DNA of 64,000 nucleotides from an uncultured delta proteobacterium (GCA_963798485.1 CAWCTR010000007.1:320001-384000); one strand, 5' to 3'; positions 49,104-58,993 are shown, numbered from the stretch's first letter. The notes: generated by a model from the sequence alone, not told the origin. Numbers and translations: made by a program.

Positions 49104-50112
49104 ATGTCTCATATAGCCGACTTAAACAAACCACTTGTTCTTATTACAGGCGCCACTGGAGCCATTGGTCCGCGTGTTGTTCACGCTCTGCATCAAGCAA
49201 GTTATCAGATTCGCGCCTTTTCGGTTGACGCTCCCACGGCGTCCATGTTCCCTGAGCAGGTAGAGGTTGTTATCGGCGATATCACGGATAAGGTGGCTGT
49301 CCAATCTGCGATGCAAGATGTGGATGCAGTCGTTCATCTGGCGGCTCTCCTGCACATTGTCAATCCCCCGCCTGAGATGCGGGAAAAATACGAGCGCGTC
49401 AATATTGGCGGTACATCGACGGTAGTTGAGGTTGCAATTAAGGCGGGTGTGAAGCGCGTTGTCTTGTTCAGTACGATTGCGGTGTACGGGCCTTCAGATG
49501 GTTGCGTGCTCAATGAGATATCGCCAACTCATCCTGATACTTTTTATGCTCAGACCAAACGTGCTGCCGAACATATTGTCTTGAATGCGAAGGGTGCCGA
49601 CGGGCAGTCTTTGGGCACCGTATTACGTTTGGGTGCGGTTTATGGTTCCCGCATCAAGGGAAACTACGAACGGCTGACACATGCCCTGGCACGCAATCGC
49701 TTTATCCCCATCGGAAATGGTCTCAATCGACGGACACTGGTTTATGATAAGGACGTTGGTAGTGCGGTGGTTTTGGCTGTTTCTCATCCCGCTGCGCTCA
49801 GGTCGGATATTCAACATAACTGATGGTGGGTTTCATACCTTGAATGAAATTATTGAATCCATTTGCGCTGCCCTCGGTCGTAAGCCGCCGCGGTTGTCAC
49901 TGCCCGTGGGTCTAACGCGGACATTGGTTAGTATAGTTGCAAATGGAAGCCGGTCCATTGGTTTAAGGCCACCAGTTACACGGGAGATGATTGATAAATA
50001 TACCGAGGATATTGCCGTTGACGGCAGCCTCATTCAGAAAGAACTCGGTTTTGTGCCTCAATATGATCTCAAGGCCGGTTGGGAAGAGACGATCCGAGAG
50101 ATGTTGCTATGA
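49104..50112 (+). pseudogene. NAD-dependent epimerase/dehydratase split by a frameshift near 49797
   Basis: GATGAIG and YAQTK in the first frame; GRIFNITDG...ELGF.P continues in the next frame after ...HPAA. Confidence 0.8.
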
Positions 50113-50669
50113 AAAGAATGTTTGATTTATTTTTTTCTCTTTGTTTGTTTCCGGTCCTGGTGTTTCCCATACTGGTTATTGCTGCGCTGGTCAAAGTTAC
50201 TTCCAAAGGGCCTGTGTTGTACTGGTCCGATCGTATCGGTGTGAACAATACGATTTTCAAAATGCCCAAGTTCAGAACCATGAGTTTGGATACCCCCCCT
50301 GTTGCAACCCATCTCTTGGAAAATCCTGAAAAATACCTCACCTCCATCGGTCCTTTTCTGCGCAAGCTGAGCCTGGATGAACTCCCGCAGCTCTGGAGCG
50401 TCCTCAAGGGTGACATGAGTTTTGTCGGGCCGCGGCCTGCACTTTTCAACCAGTATGATCTTATTGAATTGCGAACTCTGAAGGGTGTTCATAAGCTTAT
50501 CCCTGGGATTACAGGATGTGCCCAGATTAAAGGAAGGGATGATATTCCAATCCCCATTAAGGTAGAGTACGATGAATATTATCTTAAGAACAAATCCCTT
50601 ATGCTTGATCTTAAGATTCTGTTCATAACGGTCTTTAAGGTGTTAAGGAGTGAAGGGGTAGATCATTAA
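50109..50669 (+). CDS. Bacterial sugar transferase (monotopic phosphoglycosyl transferase, PglC/WbpL-context)
   Basis: MKRMFD, KFRTM, SLDELPQL..VLKGDMSFVGPRP, PGITG.AQ. Confidence 0.92.
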   Translation: MKRMFDLFFSLCLFPVLVFPILVIAALVKVTSKGPVLYWSDRIGVNNTIFKMPKFRTMSLDTPPVATHLLENPEKYLTSIGPFLRKLSLDELPQLWSVLKGDMSFVGPRPALFNQYDLIELRTLKGVHKLIPGITGCAQIKGRDDIPIPIKVEYDEYYLKNKSLMLDLKILFITVFKVLRSEGVDH

Positions 50670-50955
50670 GACCCACAATATGCCATTAGGATGCACATGT
50701 TCTATCCTTAAGCCATAGTCTCCCCTCTTTGTGAATCAGCCGCCACCAAGGAAGAGATGCATGAGATAACCCCGCAGCAACCTGTTGAAAATCATCTGAT
50801 AAAAGCCTCGACCTTAACTTGCGATATTGCATAAGAAGGAGCAAGCAAAACTCATAGTGGAAACAAGGGTGAAGTATGATAGAATGCACTCGTTGCAATG
50901 TGATGCGTTACCATGCACAAATGAGCATATTGAAAAATTGCTAGGTTGGATCATA

Positions 50956-52902
50956 ATGCCATTGTTTTTGAGAAAAAACTTATGGGTAATTCTCATTGCA
51001 GATATAGTTCTCCTTGTCTTTTGCTATATCTGCGCCTATTGCCTCCGATTTGAAGGAAGTATCCCACCAGACTATCAATATCAGATTTTAACTACGCTCC
51101 TGCCGCTGCTGTCCTTGAAGATCTGCTCTTTTTTTGCTTTTGATCTTTATAGAGGAATGTGGAGGTATGCAGGTATTCGTGACCTGATAAATGTTATAAA
51201 AGCTTCACTTTCAGGGGCCTTGCTATTTATTATTTATCTGGCGATGTTTCACCATTTCGAAGCTGTTTCCCGAGGGGTCATAATAATTGATTTTCTCTTG
51301 ACAATCATAAGCATCGGTGGATTGCGTCTGATGATTCGTCTTTACTACCAGAGAGATAGCGCATTTGTCGATGATCTAGTGTTTTGGAGAAAATCAATGA
51401 GAAACAGAAAGAAAATCCTGATTGTAGGTACAGGCCAACGAGCGGAAAAGCTGATGAGAGAAATTCATGAGAACAGCAAGATCAATTTCCAGGTGATCGG
51501 ATTCGTTGATGTGGCTAATGCGCATAAGGGAATGAAAATTCATGGTGTTCCCATTCTCGGGGCCGTTATGGATCTCCCTCGCCTGATTTCTTATTATGGA
51601 ATTGAAAATATTCTCATCGCAGATTCTGATCTGAAGGCAAAAGATATCGCTACTATTGTGGAGATGTGCGGAGATTGCGGAGTGCAGTTCAAGGTTATCC
51701 CTTCCCTCTCGGAGAGGATGAGCAAAGGGAAAACCGACACCCTCCGGGATATTAAACTCGAAGACCTCATGGAAAGGGAGCCTATTCAGCTTGATATGGA
51801 GATCATGAGGGCTGAGATTGAGGGAAAAACAGTCTTCGTTACGGGTGCGGGTGGCTCTATAGGATCTGAGCTTTCCAGGCAGATAATCAGATACAATCCC
51901 CGGAGACTTGTCCTCATTGATAATGCCGAAACACCACTTTATCAGATTGATATGGAACTGAAATCTCTGAACACACCTGATTCCAACACAGAAATTATTC
52001 CCTGTATCGGTGATGTGCGGAGCAGAAAGAGTCTTGAAAGAATATTCCGTAAGTACAAACCGGAGTATGTATATCATGCAGCAGCGTACAAGCATGTACC
52101 CATGATGGAGCTATCACCTATTGATGCCATTAATAATAATATTATAGGGACATTCAAGCTCGCTACCCTGTCCTGTAAATATCATGTGAATAAATTTGTC
52201 ATGATTTCAACTGACAAGGCTGTTCGCCCTACCTCTATCATGGGTGCCACCAAGAGGGTTGCAGAGCTTGTGGTGCAGTCGATCAACGGAAACAGCACCA
52301 AATTCGTTGTGGTACGGTTCGGCAATGTCCTGGGAAGCAATGGGAGCGTTGTCCCTCTGTTTCAAAAGCAGATAGCGTCCGGTGGTCCGGTGACGGTTAC
52401 TCATCCTGAGGTCACCCGCTATTTCATGACAATCCCTGAGGCAGTCATGCTGGTCCTCCAGGCAGGTGCCATTGGGAAAGGTGGGGAGTTGTTCTTGTTG
52501 GATATGGGCAGGCCAGTGAAGATTGATGATTTGGCAAGGAACATGATTCGCCTTTCAGGACTTGTGCCGGATAGAGATATCAAGGTGGAATATATCGGAC
52601 TCAGGCCCGGAGAGAAGCTCTACGAAGAACTTCTCATTGATGGAGAAGGCATCATCGATACTTCCTATGAAAAGATCAAGGTGTGCAATACCTGCAGCAG
52701 GATTGATGAGAGGGATCTCTTCGGGGGGATCGAGCATTTCAGTCTGCTCGTGAAGAACTCAGGTGATTCAAAGACCGCACTGAAAATCCTTGAAAGACTC
52801 ATACCGGACTTCAAGAGAGAAAATATTCCAAATTCAAGGACATCTTCAAACAAACCATATTCTCCTGAAGATAAAGATACGACCTCATTCAGAGAAATCT
52901 AA
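50956..52902 (+). CDS. Membrane-anchored UDP-GlcNAc 4,6-dehydratase (WbpM/CapD/PglF family)
   Basis: TM N-terminus, GAGGSIGSE, HAAAYKHVP, STDKAVRP, RFGNVLGS.GSV, RPGEKLYEEL. Confidence 0.93.
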   Translation: MPLFLRKNLWVILIADIVLLVFCYICAYCLRFEGSIPPDYQYQILTTLLPLLSLKICSFFAFDLYRGMWRYAGIRDLINVIKASLSGALLFIIYLAMFHHFEAVSRGVIIIDFLLTIISIGGLRLMIRLYYQRDSAFVDDLVFWRKSMRNRKKILIVGTGQRAEKLMREIHENSKINFQVIGFVDVANAHKGMKIHGVPILGAVMDLPRLISYYGIENILIADSDLKAKDIATIVEMCGDCGVQFKVIPSLSERMSKGKTDTLRDIKLEDLMEREPIQLDMEIMRAEIEGKTVFVTGAGGSIGSELSRQIIRYNPRRLVLIDNAETPLYQIDMELKSLNTPDSNTEIIPCIGDVRSRKSLERIFRKYKPEYVYHAAAYKHVPMMELSPIDAINNNIIGTFKLATLSCKYHVNKFVMISTDKAVRPTSIMGATKRVAELVVQSINGNSTKFVVVRFGNVLGSNGSVVPLFQKQIASGGPVTVTHPEVTRYFMTIPEAVMLVLQAGAIGKGGELFLLDMGRPVKIDDLARNMIRLSGLVPDRDIKVEYIGLRPGEKLYEELLIDGEGIIDTSYEKIKVCNTCSRIDERDLFGGIEHFSLLVKNSGDSKTALKILERLIPDFKRENIPNSRTSSNKPYSPEDKDTTSFREI

Positions 52903-53035
52903 GCTGGTCTTTCAGGTAGTAAATTCCCCGGACGTGCATAGAACCTATGCAGAATATACCACCTAGCATATGTTATCGAGATTATTGCATTCAGCATCTC
53001 CCAAACCCTTGACGAATAAGGTTAGAGGATGATAC

Positions 53036-53485
53036 ATGCTTGATCTTGATGATTGCTCTTTGATGAAGATGGCATTGGAAGAGGCACGAAAGGCTGACGA
53101 GATCGGAGAAGTGCCGGTCGGCGCAGTGCTTGTGGTCAATGATCATTTGGTCAGAGGCCACAATAGGATGATCATAGATAATGATCCTACGTCGCATGCC
53201 GAGATAGTGGTTATCCGTGAAGCTGCACGGCTGGTTAATAATTACAGGCTCGCGCATTCGAGGCTCTATGTCACTGTTGAGCCGTGCATTATGTGTGTGG
53301 GCGCGATTATCCTGGCACGCATTGAATGCCTCTTTTATGGTGCGAGAGATAGACGGTATGGAGCCGTGGAATCCATGATCGAAGGATTCAGGCTTGGTGT
53401 AAACCACAAACCTGTTATTCATGCCGGTCTAATGGAGGATCAGGCGGGCTCTTTGATGAAGGCCTTTTTCAAGGCAAAAAGGTAA
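53036..53485 (+). CDS. tadA: tRNA adenosine(34) deaminase
   Basis: EVPVGA, DPTSHAE, EPCIMC, FFK..R. Confidence 0.93.
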   Translation: MLDLDDCSLMKMALEEARKADEIGEVPVGAVLVVNDHLVRGHNRMIIDNDPTSHAEIVVIREAARLVNNYRLAHSRLYVTVEPCIMCVGAIILARIECLFYGARDRRYGAVESMIEGFRLGVNHKPVIHAGLMEDQAGSLMKAFFKAKR

Positions 53486-53576
53486 GGAGAGGTACCGAAG
53501 TGGTCATAACGGGGCCGACTCGAAATCGGCTGTCCTTTTTCAAGGACCGGGGGTTCGAATCCCTCCCTCTCCGCCA
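53486..53576 (+). tRNA. tRNA-Ser(CGA)
   Basis: Cloverleaf with GCCGA-CT-CGA-AA-TCGGC, long variable arm, GGTTCGAATCC, GCCA end. Confidence 0.95.
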
Positions 53577-53597
53577 ACACGAATACGTCACGCATGA

Positions 53598-53690
53598 GGA
53601 GAGATGCCCGAGAGGCCGAAGGGGCACGATTGGAAATCGTGTGTGCCGCTAATAACGGTACCGAGGGTTCGAATCCCTCTCTCTCCGCCA
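53598..53690 (+). tRNA. tRNA-Ser(GGA)
   Basis: CACGA-TT-GGA-AA-TCGTG anticodon arm, long variable arm, T-loop, GCCA end. Confidence 0.95.
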
Positions 53691-53697
53691 TATGAAC

Positions 53698-53821
53698 AAG
53701 GCCTTGCAGGAGGCCGGGTCTCATACAATACAGCACTGCGAACCCCGTCAGGCCCGGAAGGGAGCAGCGGTAAGCAAGATGCTGTGTGTGTATGGTAAGG
53801 CCCGGTCTCTTGCAAGGCCTT
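53698..53821 (+). ncRNA. ffs: Signal recognition particle RNA (4.5S/small SRP)
   Basis: Conserved TCAGGCCCGGAAGGGAGCAGC helix-8 motif within a long hairpin (AAGGCCTTGC...GCAAGGCCTT); upstream of dnaX. Confidence 0.93.
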
Positions 53822-53887
53822 AGTGTTCTTCGTAAATGCTTCATTAGTCCACTTGAATAATCTTGGTTTCAATACTAGGATAATTTT

Positions 53888-55435
53888 ATGTATCAGGTTA
53901 TTGCCCGTAAGTTCAGACCCCAGAGGTTCGAAGATGTTGTGGGGCAGGAGCATGTGACGAGAGTGCTCTGTAATGCCATAGAGCTAAACAGGCTTCCCCA
54001 TGCATTTATCTTTTCCGGTCCTCGAGGGGTGGGTAAGACTTCTGTAGCCCGGATTCTTGCCAAGGCGATTAATTGCGAGAAGGGCCTATCCTGCAATCCA
54101 TGTAATACATGCCCCTTATGTATGGATATTACTGCATCGCGTGCAGTCGATGTGTTTGAGATAGATGCAGCCACCCATACCCAGGTGGAAAAGATTCGCG
54201 ACCTCATTGAAAATTCCAGGTACACACCCACGGTTGCACGATATAAGACCTTTATCATCGATGAAGTACATATGCTTTCCCGGAGCGCCTTTAATGCCCT
54301 TCTGAAGACATTAGAGGAGCCACCCCCGCATGTGATATTTATTCTCGCCACAACTGAGCTTGCAAAAGTCCCTGTTACCGTGCTCTCCCGCTGCCAGCGT
54401 TACGACTTCAGGCGAATCCCGGTGGATGATATTGTGCGTCGTCTCGCGACAGTAGCCCAAAAGGAGCAGATTGCCATCACTGATGATGCCCTGGTCGTAA
54501 TAGCGCTCCAGGCCGATGGCAGTATGAGGGATGCACAGGGCATGCTTGAACATATTTCTGCCACAGGCAAGGACCTTATTGAAGTTGATGCCGTAGAAGA
54601 TGCGTTAGGGCTTGTCGGTAGATCGACCATGCGCGATTTGGTCTCGGCAATTGTGAAAAAGGATGCGCCTAGCACCCTCGATGTAGTGGAAAGGGTTTAC
54701 CGATACGGGCAGGATTTAAATCTGCTCTATCGGTCGCTCCTCGAACAGTTCAGGAATATGATGGTTCTCAAGGCCGGTTATATGAATGTAATGTTGCCGG
54801 AAGAAGAGATGACCTTCCTGAAAGATCTTATGTCTGAAATATCCTTAGAAGAGATCCATAGGTATTTGAGCGTCCTCATTCGTTCTGAAGAGGACATGAA
54901 GTTTTCCAGCGTTACCAGGATAACCCTTGAGACGATCCTTCTCCGAATCATATCAGCCCCACGTATATTAGATCTGCAGAACCTCATACAAGCAGTTTCC
55001 TCCAGGGCGGGTGTATTACCGTCAGGTCATACTCAGCAGATTTCATCTGTAGAAATATACAAAAGGCCTCCTTCTTCGCTGCCGCTTTCATGGGAAGGCT
55101 TCCTTTCATATCTAAAGGATCATGACCAGCCTCTCTATGCTATTGTATCGAGCGTTGCGGTTGAGCAAGATAATGGCGATCAGGTTGTACTGTCTTGTGC
55201 GAACCAATTTCTCTCAGAGCAACTCAAAAAAGCACTTCCGGATTTAACAGCCAGGGCCAAGGCCTTTCTTCAGAAGGATATCGTGTTGATTGTTGAAGGA
55301 AGAGATACGAACACGATCGAGAATAAGAAACTAAAACCCTCTGAGATAAGGACTCAGGCGCTCAAATCACCGCTGGTAAAAGATATCATGGCTGAATTTA
55401 ATGGCGTTGTAAAGAATGTCAAACCTAAAGAATAA
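53888..55435 (+). CDS. dnaX: DNA polymerase III subunit gamma/tau
   Basis: ARKFRPQ.F, GPRGVGKT, Zn motif, IIDEVHML, NALLKTLEEPP, SRC. Confidence 0.97.
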   Translation: MYQVIARKFRPQRFEDVVGQEHVTRVLCNAIELNRLPHAFIFSGPRGVGKTSVARILAKAINCEKGLSCNPCNTCPLCMDITASRAVDVFEIDAATHTQVEKIRDLIENSRYTPTVARYKTFIIDEVHMLSRSAFNALLKTLEEPPPHVIFILATTELAKVPVTVLSRCQRYDFRRIPVDDIVRRLATVAQKEQIAITDDALVVIALQADGSMRDAQGMLEHISATGKDLIEVDAVEDALGLVGRSTMRDLVSAIVKKDAPSTLDVVERVYRYGQDLNLLYRSLLEQFRNMMVLKAGYMNVMLPEEEMTFLKDLMSEISLEEIHRYLSVLIRSEEDMKFSSVTRITLETILLRIISAPRILDLQNLIQAVSSRAGVLPSGHTQQISSVEIYKRPPSSLPLSWEGFLSYLKDHDQPLYAIVSSVAVEQDNGDQVVLSCANQFLSEQLKKALPDLTARAKAFLQKDIVLIVEGRDTNTIENKKLKPSEIRTQALKSPLVKDIMAEFNGVVKNVKPKE

Positions 55436-56384
55436 TACAATTACTGCAATTGATGGCGTGCGCGTCGGTCATTGCTCTGATCTTGTGGGAGGCACCGGAG
55501 TTACGGTAATCCTGTTTGATAAGCCGGCGCTCGGTGCTGTTGATATTACAGGAATGGCGACATCCACCAGACAAATCGATTCCCTCGATATGTTACATCC
55601 CGGCAATGCACTTCACGGTCTCTGCCTGGCCGGAGGTTCTGCCTTTGGCCTCGACGCCGCATCTGGTGTCGTGAGCTATCTTAGTGAGCAAGGCATAGGG
55701 CTTGATCTTGTTGTAGCAAAAGTTCCCGTTGTTCCAACGGCTGTCATATTCGATCTGTCCTTTATGGATGCTCATGCCAAGCCGACACCTTCCATGGCAT
55801 ATGAGGCATGCCGGGCAGCGTCATCCTCTCCGGTTGAACAGGGATGCATCGGTGCAGGCACAGGGGCAACCTGTGGCAAGCTCAGGGGCGTGGTTCATGG
55901 TACAAAGGCCGGGCTCGGCTCCAGCATGGTCCAAGGCACTGATGGAGTCCTCATGGGCGCCTTGGTCGTTGCAAACCCTTTCGGGGATATAATTGATGAG
56001 CAGGGCAGGATCATTGCAGGCTCGCGTGATGATCACGGATTTCTCAACATGCAGGAGGCCATTACGCAAGGTGAGGTTAGAGAGCGTTTCGGTGCACCCG
56101 GCAACACAACGCTCTGTGTCCTTGTGACAGATGCCAATATGGACAAAATCATGGCAATGCAGGTGGCACGCATGGCAGGCCAGGGTCTTGCCAGACATAT
56201 CTCTCCCTTCAACACCCCCTTTGATGGTGATATGGTCTTCTGTCTTTCCGTGGGTGACAAACAGGCGCATCCTCTCCATCTCGGCGTCATAGCTGCCCAG
56301 AGCGCGAGCAAGGCCTTGTTGAATGCCGTACGGCATGCCCGGGGCATGGGCGGGGTTCCTGCCTCAAATGATATCATGAGCTGA
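55416..56384 (+). CDS. P1/S58 family (DmpA-like) peptidase
   Basis: GVRVGH, GGSAFGL, GAGTGA, GN|TT processing site, FDGD. Confidence 0.88.
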   Translation: MSNLKNNTITAIDGVRVGHCSDLVGGTGVTVILFDKPALGAVDITGMATSTRQIDSLDMLHPGNALHGLCLAGGSAFGLDAASGVVSYLSEQGIGLDLVVAKVPVVPTAVIFDLSFMDAHAKPTPSMAYEACRAASSSPVEQGCIGAGTGATCGKLRGVVHGTKAGLGSSMVQGTDGVLMGALVVANPFGDIIDEQGRIIAGSRDDHGFLNMQEAITQGEVRERFGAPGNTTLCVLVTDANMDKIMAMQVARMAGQGLARHISPFNTPFDGDMVFCLSVGDKQAHPLHLGVIAAQSASKALLNAVRHARGMGGVPASNDIMS

Positions 56385-56472
56385 TATTCATTGATTCTAG
56401 AGCCTCCGAAGAGTTTCCGGTCCCGCGAGGAGAAACCGTGGTCATGTGCGGGTTCATGGGGGTGCAAAACCG

Positions 56473-56501
56473 TTGACAAAGCCAGGGCAGTTGGGTAGAA
56501 G
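56473..56501 (+). promoter_or_regulatory. Sigma70 promoter of tRNA-Met
   Basis: TTGACA-N17-TAGAAG, 9 nt before the tRNA. Confidence 0.65.
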
Positions 56502-56510
56502 TGTTGCCGT

Positions 56511-56587
56511 GGCGGAGTAGCTCAGGTGGTCAGAGCATGCGGCTCATATCCGCAGTGTCGGGGGTTCAAATCCCTCCTCCGCTACCA
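56511..56587 (+). tRNA. tRNA-Met(CAT), elongator-type; island integration site
   Basis: TGCGG-CT-CAT-AT-CCGCA; G1:U72, no GGG/CCC initiator stem; CCA end. Confidence 0.92.
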
Positions 56588-56665
56588 TTATCTATTGATA
56601 TTATTGTTAATTTTGCCACAAAGACAGCAAAAACTTGGTAGCGGATTGGTAGCGCCGAACATTGG

Positions 56666-57847
56666 TCATTCAGCCTTGCGAATGAGCGGTATTACCTCGC
56701 CCATCTTACGCTTCCTGATCTCAGTCACAACCTCGAAAGCATCATTGTTTTCCACCTGACAGTACCGTTCAAATGCCTTGTTTGTCAGGCCGGATGCATT
56801 CAAGGCTCTTTCCGATCCGAGCATCTTTGCCGTCTCTGTAGCAGTGGTGTGCTTGGTGCCGGGGTAAAGCGGAACTCCTTCAAGTCCGATCTCCTTGCAA
56901 GCCTTCTTCCACCAGAGATAAAGCATATTTTCCCCGAATACGATATTTTCCTTGGTGGTCCCCCTAACCTTTCCGTGATGCCGGAAGAATGGCATATCGG
57001 GCATGGCGGGGAAAGTTCGCTGAAGCTCTCGCCATTGGTCAAGGTGGTCCTGGTGCAGTCTGATGGTCTTGAAGTTGTTCTTCTTCTTTGTGGGGTTGTG
57101 AATCACCAGCCATCCGCTATCATCCAGACTATTTTCCTTCACCCGTCTGAGGTCATCGGGCCTCAGTGCCGTATAGGTTGCAAGGAGGTCACACCCAAAA
57201 CATATCTTGGGATTGATGTGGTGCGATATTTCCTTGAGCTTCGATAATACCTGCCCCTGCATTTCCCAATCAATAATCTTGCGGTACTTCAATTCATATT
57301 CGACCTTGGGGAATGTCGGGAATTCGGCCAAGGTTATGATACCACCACGGGAAAGGCACCACTTCCAGAAGTCATGAAGTTGGGCGCAATGGTTCGCCCT
57401 CGTCTTCTCACTCTTGCATGGCAGAAGGTAGATGTAGTCGTCTATCATCCCACCAGTGATATCCCTGATGTTCGTGTGACCGAAGTACCTCTCTGCGGTG
57501 TTGATGTAGTAGGAAATCTTTGTAAGGCTCTTCTTCCCCTGTTGTTTCTTGCGCTCAAGATATTTCGGTGCAAGGGCTGTAAAGGAGTTGGGCCGAAGAC
57601 TACGGTAATCATTGGGATCAAAACCGCCCTTTCGGACACCCTTCTCATAGCGCAGGTAATTCAGGCGTTGCGTGGCAGCATCGTAAGACTGATATCTCTG
57701 GTAGATGCCTCCAGGAAACTTCACAGCAAAGCTGTGCGCCCTAACATCTGGATGATCTGGGCAGAAGCATCCTTTACGCCCTCCATCATGCTTCAATGCC
57801 TTTCCGCAAATATAACACTTCTCCCGTGTGTATATCCCACCATCCAT
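56666..57847 (-). CDS. Tyrosine recombinase/integrase with N-terminal Zn-ribbon and non-canonical catalytic motifs
   Basis: CYICG...CFCPDH; core-binding KT..N....LHDFWKW; TALRPDDL, PTKKK, LYPGTKH, GLTNKAFERY; alternative start 57967. Confidence 0.85.
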   Translation of the reverse strand: MDGGIYTREKCYICGKALKHDGGRKGCFCPDHPDVRAHSFAVKFPGGIYQRYQSYDAATQRLNYLRYEKGVRKGGFDPNDYRSLRPNSFTALAPKYLERKKQQGKKSLTKISYYINTAERYFGHTNIRDITGGMIDDYIYLLPCKSEKTRANHCAQLHDFWKWCLSRGGIITLAEFPTFPKVEYELKYRKIIDWEMQGQVLSKLKEISHHINPKICFGCDLLATYTALRPDDLRRVKENSLDDSGWLVIHNPTKKKNNFKTIRLHQDHLDQWRELQRTFPAMPDMPFFRHHGKVRGTTKENIVFGENMLYLWWKKACKEIGLEGVPLYPGTKHTTATETAKMLGSERALNASGLTNKAFERYCQVENNDAFEVVTEIRKRKMGEVIPLIRKAE

Positions 57848-58039
57848 ACAAACCTCCTCACGTGTATTGGCGGGAAGGGTACACTTTACCTGCGGATACA
57901 TCAACGCTGGTATAGCATCGATGTACCTAAACGCAGGTATAGTGCTGGTCTGTATGGCTGTTTCCATTTTTCTCCTAGAGGGAAGTAAAGCCTTATGGGA
58001 CCATCACAAGGATAGTCCCGATCACAGTAAATGGAGTTT

Positions 58040-58681
58040 CTATGAAGCTGTTACGGCCTGATGGCCTACAGAATGACTTGAAGCCAGACTACTGACACAT
58101 TCCATCTGCTGATAAACTTCCTGTTGTGGCGTGAAGCTATTCCTCAACACGGAGGTCTTATCCGCATAATCGTAGATGATCGGTGTTTCTTTTCCTGCAC
58201 CCATCCCAGTATCTATCATCTGCTTAGCCCAAGATGATTGACGAATGGGTGTTAACAGGAATATTTTGTTAAACCCTCTTACGCTGAAGTTTTGAGGTAT
58301 TGTACTTCCATTGATAACCAGTACGAGGAATTCCCCGTCCTCAAATTCCTTCAATGTTCTCTTCATATCTTCATAAGGGGTAGAGATTGCAATCAATCTA
58401 GCGCTAATCCCCCATCGTCGGATTTCGTCGAATAAGAAACAGCAACTATTTTCATCTTCATGAACAAACACAATTCCATCGTTCACACTGGGCAAAATGT
58501 CTTCGACGACCTTTGTTAGCCACGGCTTACTTGATAATTTTTTAAGCAGCTTGAGATATTCCTTTATCTCTGCCGGTCTGTCGCAGGAATCTTTATGTGA
58601 AAGCAACTGCCACTCAAGCAGCCTAGGTTCATGCTTCGCCTTTGCAGCAGTTTTGTCTTTGCTTGCAAAATATTTATCCAT
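58040..58681 (-). CDS. Degenerate SF2 helicase C-terminal-like protein
   Basis: ...LKEFEDGEFLVLV...GFNKIFLLTPI....KQM....GKETPIIYDYAD; no Walker motifs, motif VI decayed. Confidence 0.45.
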   Translation of the reverse strand: MDKYFASKDKTAAKAKHEPRLLEWQLLSHKDSCDRPAEIKEYLKLLKKLSSKPWLTKVVEDILPSVNDGIVFVHEDENSCCFLFDEIRRWGISARLIAISTPYEDMKRTLKEFEDGEFLVLVINGSTIPQNFSVRGFNKIFLLTPIRQSSWAKQMIDTGMGAGKETPIIYDYADKTSVLRNSFTPQQEVYQQMECVSSLASSHSVGHQAVTAS

Positions 58682-58765
58682 CGATCTTCCTTTCATAATT
58701 GAGTTTAGGTTGTGTTGATCATTATGCCTGCACCCCCCTTGCTGACTGTTGAAAGAGCAGGACTT

Positions 58766-58993
58766 CGGGCCGCACCAAGACGGCCCGGAGCTACCTGATC
58801 TATGCCAGCAGTGGGAGGAGGGATAGCCTTTCTGTATACGAGCAGTCATGATCGACGCAGATCAGGGCTAGAGCCATACCAACATTCTACCAACGATTTA
58901 CCAACTTTTCCCAACCCTGCTGCCCTATAGATCTCGTGATACAACGGGCCGCAACCAAACGGCCCGGCAGTGAATAATGTATTGCAGCAGTGG
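58766..58993. repeat. Two copies (period 179 bp) of CGGGCCG-N8-CGGCCCGG hairpin plus CAGCAGTGG
   Basis: 58766-58788/58806-58814 and 58945-58967/58985-58993, read directly. Confidence 0.8.

Noticed and set aside
50827-50955. N-terminal extension of the dehydratase ORF
   Set aside because: TTG-start extension lacks family similarity; ATG 50956 preferred
52935-52951. Hairpin TGCATAG-AAC-CTATGCA after the dehydratase gene
   Set aside because: No U-tract and a weak stem; not called a terminator
53440-53953. ORFs overlapping tRNAs and SRP RNA
   Set aside because: Spurious translations of structural RNA genes
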